43,153 bases of DNA, from contig JAEZQS010000147.1 of NCBI GenBank assembly GCA_023412995.1, forward strand, positions 1 through 43,153. Direction: 5' to 3'. The stretch comes from Pseudomonadota bacterium. Its GTDB lineage: Bacteria; Pseudomonadota; Gammaproteobacteria; Xanthomonadales; Rhodanobacteraceae. The position numbers were made by a program, and so were the translations under genes. The notes beneath the pieces were generated by a model. That model searched no databases, was not told the origin of the DNA, and worked only from the letters and a program-made list of their open reading frames with translations. The stretch's first letter is position 1, and each line of letters starts with the position of its first letter. This document shows, in pieces, positions 37,640-43,153 of the stretch.

Positions 37640-38002
37640 TCAGCCGGCGCCAGGAAGATCCACCACCGGAATGAACCCGCCGAAGATCATGCGCTTGCCG
37701 TCGAAGGGGCAGTTGGCGGCGTCTTCCATCCGTGGATCTTGCATGACCTTGGCCATGCCGGCATCGCGTGTCGCCTTGTCCGGCCACTCGATCCAGGAGA
37801 ACACCACCGATTCGCCGGCCTCGGCCTGCACCGCGCGGCGGAAATCAGTGACTTTCCCCTCCGGGACATCGTCGGCCCAGCACTCGGTCACCCGTGTCGC
37901 GCCGAACTCGAGGAACAGGCCGTCGAAGCGGCGCGCATGCGCGATGAAGGCAGCGCGGTTGCTTTCGGGCACGGCGATCACGAAGCCATCGATGTAGGAC
38001 AT
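37640..38002 (-). CDS. DUF1428 family protein (YbaA-like)
   Basis: MSYIDGFVIAVP, ECWADDVP.GKVTDF, PFDGKRMIFGGF. Confidence 0.92.
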   Translation of the reverse strand: MSYIDGFVIAVPESNRAAFIAHARRFDGLFLEFGATRVTECWADDVPEGKVTDFRRAVQAEAGESVVFSWIEWPDKATRDAGMAKVMQDPRMEDAANCPFDGKRMIFGGFIPVVDLPGAG

Positions 38003-38123
38003 GCAAACCTCCTGGGTGGGCTGCGGCCTTCCCCGGCGGGGTGGCCTTCACTGCCGCGACGATCGGGAGCGGGCCGGATCGACAGCAACGCGGTCCATGC
38101 GCCCTGCGACGGCGTGCGCGCCC

Positions 38124-40325
38124 TCACGGCGTCGGCAACGGCCGCGGAAGTGTGAATCCTTGCAGCAGCACGTCGAACGCCGCCCGGTCCATCGGCGCGG
38201 CGATGTAGTAGCCCTGCGCGTGGTCGCAGCCGGCGCGGGCGAGCCACGCCAGTGTTTCGGCATCTTCAACGCCTTCGGCGGTGACCGTCGCGCCCACGCT
38301 GTGGGCCAGCCGCACGGTCGATTCGACGATGGAACGGTCGGCGGGCGACGCGGCGACGCCGAGGGTGAAGGACCGGTCCACCTTGACCTCGTCCGGAGCA
38401 AGCTGGCGCAGGTAGGTGAGCGAGGAGTTGCCGGTGCCGAAATCGTCAAGCGAAAGCGAGATGCCGCAGGCGCGCAGGCGCTGCGCGCCGGCGAGTGCCG
38501 CCGCGGGATCGCGCAGCACGGCCGTCTCGGTGACTTCGAGCACCAGGCGGTCGCCGATACCCTGCGCGATCGCCAGCGCGCCGCCGACGACGTCCGGATC
38601 GCACAGGTCGTTGACGGAGACATTGACGGCCAGGTGCAGCGGGCGGTCGTGGCGGATCGTGCGGCAGAGTGCGGCGGCCTCGGCAATCAGGTACAGGCTG
38701 AGTTCGCCGATCATTCCGGATCGCTCGGCCAGCGGCACGAACTCGGCCGGCTCCAGCTGGCCGTGCAGTGGATGCTGCCAGCGCACCAGCAGTTCGGCGC
38801 CGCTGATCAGGCCGCTGCGAAGGTCCAGCTTGGGCTGCAGCATGTAGCCGACGCGCCGCTCGCGGATCGCTCGCTGCAGGTCCTCGAGCAGGGTCAGGCT
38901 CTTGGGGTCCGGCGCCATCTCCGGGGTGAACAGCACGATGGCCCGCTTGCCGTCGCGCGCCACCGCCGAGGCAATGCTGGCGGCGCGCAGCAGCGCCTCG
39001 GGCGTCGTGCCGTGGCGCGGGAACAGCGCGCCACCGGCGTGGCAGGCGCGCCAGAGGGAAACGCCGTCCACCTGCAACGGGCTGCGCAGCAGGTCCACCA
39101 GCCGCCGCATGTGCGCGAGCGCCTGGGCCACATCGGCGACACCTTCGCAGGCGACGGCGAAACTTCCCTGGCCGAGCGTCGCGACGGAGGCGGGGGCGAA
39201 CTCGCCGCGCAGGCGCTCCGCAAGGGCCAGGCGGAAGCGGTCGACGAAATCGTGCCCCGCAATGGCCTCGACCGATTCCATTTCCAGTTCCATCCGCACC
39301 AGCGCGAAGGGCGCGCCGTGCGCGATCAGCCTGGCGACGTCGGCCTCGAGGCCGCGCCGGTTGGCCAGTCCGGTCATGGGATCGTGTGCGGCGAGGAAGC
39401 TGGCGTGCTCGGCACCGGCACGCGTGGCCGCCTCCCGCCGCACCCGCGTATGGGCGCGGTGCCACCACCACAGGACTATACCGCCGAGCAGCAACGACGC
39501 GATGCCTGCCAGCAGGCCGGTGTGGAGCCCGGAGCGGAACACGTCCTTCACCGGCGTGAGGTTGGCCAGCCAGACGAAGTAGATGCGATCCAGCTCGCCG
39601 CGGCGAGTGGCCCTGGCGAGGCCTTCGTCGATCCGGTCGCGCAGTTGCGGGAAGTCGCGGCGCACGGCGAATCCGTACGGCTGGTGGAGCATCGGGCCGC
39701 TGAGTGCCACTACGTCGTCGAAGTGGCTTTCGCGCTGTGCGAGGTGGCCGATGTAGGAGGGCACCACGGCGTAATCCGCGCGGCCCTCGTGTACCGCGCG
39801 CAAGGCGTCGCTTTCGGCCTGCGCCGGGACCAGCTGGACCCCGGCCAGGCGACGGATCCGCTCCCAGGCGGCACCTCCCGGCTGCACTGCGATGCGCAGG
39901 CCATGCAGCGCCTCCACGTCCGCCACGTAGGCGCCGCCGCGCCGGCCGAAGGCGAGGTGGTAGCGGGTCAGGACCGGATTGCTGAAGAGGTAGCGCGCGG
40001 CGCGCTCGTCGGTGAAGAACATGGGCACCACGTCGACCCGGCCTTGCGCCAGGTCGTCGAGGATGCGGTCCCAGTCGCCACCGAGGCGCCAGCTGACCTC
40101 GAGGTCGGCATGCGCGGCGATTGCGCGGAAGACGTCGACGTCGTAGCCCGTCGGCTGGCCGTCGGCGTCCAGCAGGTCGTAGGGCGCGTAGTGGGCATCG
40201 GCGGCAAAGCGCACCGGCAAGGTTGCCGCGTCGCGCGGCGCCGGCTCGCTTCCGGCCGGAGCGGCGGATGCCATGGGCAGCGCGAGCGAGGCCAGCACCA
40301 CCAGCATCCTGGCCCGGTGCAGCAT
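38124..40325 (-). CDS. Periplasmic solute-binding (family 3) - TM - degenerate GGDEF - EAL c-di-GMP phosphodiesterase
   Basis: YAPY..GYDVD, HDPMTGLANR, GQGSF in place of GGDEF, QPK..ELLVRW, DDFGTG, EGVE, QGY; start uncertain. Confidence 0.88.
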   Translation of the reverse strand: MLHRARMLVVLASLALPMASAAPAGSEPAPRDAATLPVRFAADAHYAPYDLLDADGQPTGYDVDVFRAIAAHADLEVSWRLGGDWDRILDDLAQGRVDVVPMFFTDERAARYLFSNPVLTRYHLAFGRRGGAYVADVEALHGLRIAVQPGGAAWERIRRLAGVQLVPAQAESDALRAVHEGRADYAVVPSYIGHLAQRESHFDDVVALSGPMLHQPYGFAVRRDFPQLRDRIDEGLARATRRGELDRIYFVWLANLTPVKDVFRSGLHTGLLAGIASLLLGGIVLWWWHRAHTRVRREAATRAGAEHASFLAAHDPMTGLANRRGLEADVARLIAHGAPFALVRMELEMESVEAIAGHDFVDRFRLALAERLRGEFAPASVATLGQGSFAVACEGVADVAQALAHMRRLVDLLRSPLQVDGVSLWRACHAGGALFPRHGTTPEALLRAASIASAVARDGKRAIVLFTPEMAPDPKSLTLLEDLQRAIRERRVGYMLQPKLDLRSGLISGAELLVRWQHPLHGQLEPAEFVPLAERSGMIGELSLYLIAEAAALCRTIRHDRPLHLAVNVSVNDLCDPDVVGGALAIAQGIGDRLVLEVTETAVLRDPAAALAGAQRLRACGISLSLDDFGTGNSSLTYLRQLAPDEVKVDRSFTLGVAASPADRSIVESTVRLAHSVGATVTAEGVEDAETLAWLARAGCDHAQGYYIAAPMDRAAFDVLLQGFTLPRPLPTP

Positions 40326-40545
40326 TCTCCCCAGCCATCCCTTCCCCGGAGGGAGTGCGGCACGAACTCCACGCACGGCATCCTCCCCGTTCGTGCGCCG
40401 ACTGTGGACAGCGCGTGCAAGGCTGTCAACCGGCGCCCGCTGCGGCGCGCGAACACCCGCCGTTTGTCCGCCATCCTCGCCGTCCGTCGCGTGGGCTGCG
40501 ACCACGGCGCGTAAACTGGCGACCACCGCTGAGGGATCGCCCGCC

Positions 40546-42204
40546 ATGCCCGCCACCCATCTGTCCTCCGAACTGCTGCTGCTGGCCGCACTGGTGCCCG
40601 TTGCCGTCGTCGTGCTGGTGCTGCAGGTGTTGTTGCTGCGCCAGGGTCGATCCGCCGCGGCGGCGGTGGGACTGCTCGAGGGACTCCGCGGTGACGGCGA
40701 GCGCCTCGAGCGGGTACTGCGCGAGGAGCAGCGCAGCGGGCGCGAGGAACTGCAACAGGGATTCGACCGCTTCCGCGGCCATGTCACCGAGCAGGTGACG
40801 TCGGCGTCGCAGCAGCAGCGCGAACGGATCGAGGGCTTCGCGCAGCGGCTGGACGAACTCACCGCGCGCACCGACGCGCGACTGCGGGAAATGGCCGAGC
40901 GCCAGGCGCTCGATGCCCGCACCAGCCGCGAGGAACTGGCGGCGGTGCTGGCGCGCTTCGGTCAGCAGCAGCAACTGCACCTGGCGACGCTGACCGGCGA
41001 CAACGAGAAGCGGATGGGGGAGCTGCGGACCACGCTCGAAGCGCGGATCGCCCAGCTGACGGAGCGCACCGATGGCAGCCTCAAGGCGCTGGCGCAGGGA
41101 CTGGCGGAGGATTCGCGCAAGAGCCGCCTGGAGACCGCCGAAGTGCTGAAGGCGAGCAGCGCGCAGCAACACGAACGGCTGGGCGCGCTCGCATCGGAAA
41201 CGGAAAAGCGCATGGGCGAGGTGCGCGCCACGCTCGAATCCCGCCTCAAGGCACTGCAGGACGACAACGCCGCCAAGCTCGAGAAGATGCGCGAGACCGT
41301 CGACGAAAAACTCCAGAGCACGCTGGAGGCGCGCCTCGGGCAGTCGTTCCAGCTGGTATCGGAACGCCTCGAGGCGGTGCAGCGGGGGCTGGGTGAAATG
41401 CAGAGCCTGGCCACCGGCGTCGGCGACCTGAAGCGCGTGCTGACAAACGTCAAGAGTCGCGGCATCCTCGGCGAGGTGCAGCTCGGCGCGTTGCTGGAGC
41501 AGCTGCTGACGAGCGAGCAGTACGGCTGCAACGTGATCACCGTGCCGGGCAGCAACGACCGGGTCGAGTTCGCCATCCGCATGCCGGGCCAGGACGAAGG
41601 CGGCCAGGTCTACCTGCCGATCGACGCCAAGTTCCCGGTGGAAGACTACCAGCGGCTGCTGGAAGCACAGGAAGCCGCCGACGTGGAGGCCGCCGCGGCG
41701 GCGGGGCGTGCGCTGGAAGGGCGCGTGCGCGAGGAGGCGCGGCGGATCAGGGCGAAATACGTCTGCGTGCCGCACACGACCGAGTTCGCGGTGCTGTTCC
41801 TGCCGACCGAAGGACTGTATGCCGAAGTGATCCGCCGTCCCGGGTTGTTCGAACTGCTGCAGCGCGAGCATCGGGTGGTGGTCGCAGGCCCGACCACCCT
41901 CAGCGCGCTGCTCAACAGCCTGCAGATGGGATTCCGCACGCTGGCGATCGCCAAGCGGAGTTCGGAGGTCTGGGAGATCCTCGGCGCGGTCAAGAGCGAG
42001 TTCGGCAAGTTCGGCGACGTGCTCGACAAGGTCAAGAAGAAGCTTGACGAAGCCGGGCGCCACATCGAAAAGACCGGTGTGCGCACCCGTGCGATCGAGC
42101 GCAAGCTTCGCGGCGTGGAATCGCTGTCCGCGGATGTCGCGCAGGAACTGATCGGCCCGCGCCTGCTCCTGGACGAGGACGAGACCGAAGACGCCGTCGA
42201 CTGA
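40546..42204 (+). CDS. rmuC: DNA recombination protein RmuC
   Basis: N-terminal TM, coiled coil, RGILGEVQL, IDAKFP, FLPTEGLY, GPTTL.ALLNSL. Confidence 0.93.
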   Translation: MPATHLSSELLLLAALVPVAVVVLVLQVLLLRQGRSAAAAVGLLEGLRGDGERLERVLREEQRSGREELQQGFDRFRGHVTEQVTSASQQQRERIEGFAQRLDELTARTDARLREMAERQALDARTSREELAAVLARFGQQQQLHLATLTGDNEKRMGELRTTLEARIAQLTERTDGSLKALAQGLAEDSRKSRLETAEVLKASSAQQHERLGALASETEKRMGEVRATLESRLKALQDDNAAKLEKMRETVDEKLQSTLEARLGQSFQLVSERLEAVQRGLGEMQSLATGVGDLKRVLTNVKSRGILGEVQLGALLEQLLTSEQYGCNVITVPGSNDRVEFAIRMPGQDEGGQVYLPIDAKFPVEDYQRLLEAQEAADVEAAAAAGRALEGRVREEARRIRAKYVCVPHTTEFAVLFLPTEGLYAEVIRRPGLFELLQREHRVVVAGPTTLSALLNSLQMGFRTLAIAKRSSEVWEILGAVKSEFGKFGDVLDKVKKKLDEAGRHIEKTGVRTRAIERKLRGVESLSADVAQELIGPRLLLDEDETEDAVD

Positions 42205-42422
42205 AGCGCGCGATCGGGAAGCGCCGGCGCACTCACCCCGGCCGATCACCTGGCTTCGGGCGGGCATATCGCCCGCTGCATCGGCGCAGCGCAGGCCTGT
42301 CGGGGCAGTCGGGCCGGGAAGGCCCGCCGGGTGCGGCGCCGCGCGAATCGTCGCAGCCGCCGTGGCACAGCCGGCCCCCGGGTGGCGTTTTGCTGGAATC
42401 GTCCCCCCTGACGAGTCCTGCC

Positions 42423-43153
42423 ATGAACCCGTTCCATGCCGGCTTTGCGCTGCTCAGCTATCTCGTGTTCCTCGGATCCTTCCTCTATGCGATCGGGTTC
42501 GTCGGCGACTTCATCGTGCCCAGAACCATCGACGCGCCCGCCGGAGCCGCGGGCTGGACGGGGTGGGTCGTCGATGCGGCGCTGCTGGCAGCCTTTGCCC
42601 TGCAGCACAGCCTGATGGCGCGCCCCGGTTTCAAGCGCTGGTGGACGCGCCTGGTGCCTGCGGCGATCGAGCGCAGCATCTACGTCCTCTCGTCGAGCCT
42701 GCTGCTGGCGCTGGTGTTCGTCGCCTGGCGGCCGCTCGCGGGCGCCGTGTGGGACCTGCGCGGCACGCCGGGGGAAGCAGTCATGTGGGTGCTGTTCGCA
42801 CTCGGCTGGCTCATCGTGCTGCTGTCCACCTTCATGATCAGCCACTTCGAACTGTTCGGGCTGACCCAGGCCTGGCGGCGTGCGCGCGATCGCTTGCCGG
42901 ACGAGGCAGGCTTCAGCGAGCGGTTCTTCTACCGCTTCGTGCGGCACCCGATCATGCTGGGATTCCTCGTCGCCTTCTGGGCGACCCCGCTGATGTCGCG
43001 CGGGCACCTGCTTTTCGCGCTGCTGACCAGCGCCTACATCCTCGTTGGCGTGCGGCTCGAGGAGCGCGACCTCGTGCGCACGCTGGGCCAGGCTTACATC
43101 GGCTACCGCGCGCGCGTGCCGATGTTCCTGCCGTGGCCGGCGCGGCGCCAGGC
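42423..43153 (+). CDS. mddA: Methanethiol S-methyltransferase-like (ICMT family); runs off the window end
   Basis: Manual translation: FLYAIGFVG, QHSLMARPGFKRWW, ERSIY, SHFELFGL, VRHPIMLGF, EERDL. Confidence 0.8.
   Translation, partial: MNPFHAGFALLSYLVFLGSFLYAIGFVGDFIVPRTIDAPAGAAGWTGWVVDAALLAAFALQHSLMARPGFKRWWTRLVPAAIERSIYVLSSSLLLALVFVAWRPLAGAVWDLRGTPGEAVMWVLFALGWLIVLLSTFMISHFELFGLTQAWRRARDRLPDEAGFSERFFYRFVRHPIMLGFLVAFWATPLMSRGHLLFALLTSAYILVGVRLEERDLVRTLGQAYIGYRARVPMFLPWPARRQ

Noticed and set aside
1..43153. tRNA, rRNA, intact transposase, integrase or prophage
   Set aside because: None recognised by eye; intergenic spaces after 9.3 kb are short and show no such signatures.

Overview
A very GC-rich bacterial window. 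A Xanthomonadales/Rhodanobacteraceae-like host is inferred from the '...DTIFADGFE' protein tail and the secreted-protein types; this is not verified. The window has three parts. (1) 1-9.1 kb is an accessory zone. Small gene modules (membrane protein, secreted protein, ABC-2 pair, M23/HTH operon, HAD) are separated by about 17 copies of a 21-bp imperfect palindrome, consensus AAATTGTCCCYGGCACCATTT, arranged as inverted pairs and tandem clusters. The DNA just inside these repeats reads like frameshifted fragments of a Y1/HUH REP-associated tyrosine transposase (RAYT). One such fossil appears cleanly split by the HAD gene, which suggests a repeat-bounded gene-capture or shuffling array. (2) 14.3-22.5 kb is an operon preceded by an FNR-type box. 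It encodes a CuA-containing heme-copper enzyme with the active-site Tyr replaced by Gln (eNOR-type NO reductase), CtaB, SCO, a degenerate second subunit-I paralog and a cytochrome b-[2Fe-2S]-FAD/NAD reductase fusion. (3) The remainder is ordinary enzymes, transporters and regulators, ending in rmuC and a partial mddA-like gene. It also holds two tiny Cys-rich ORFs next to AraC genes, neither listed as its own ORF in the track. All calls are from motif recognition by eye; no searches were run.
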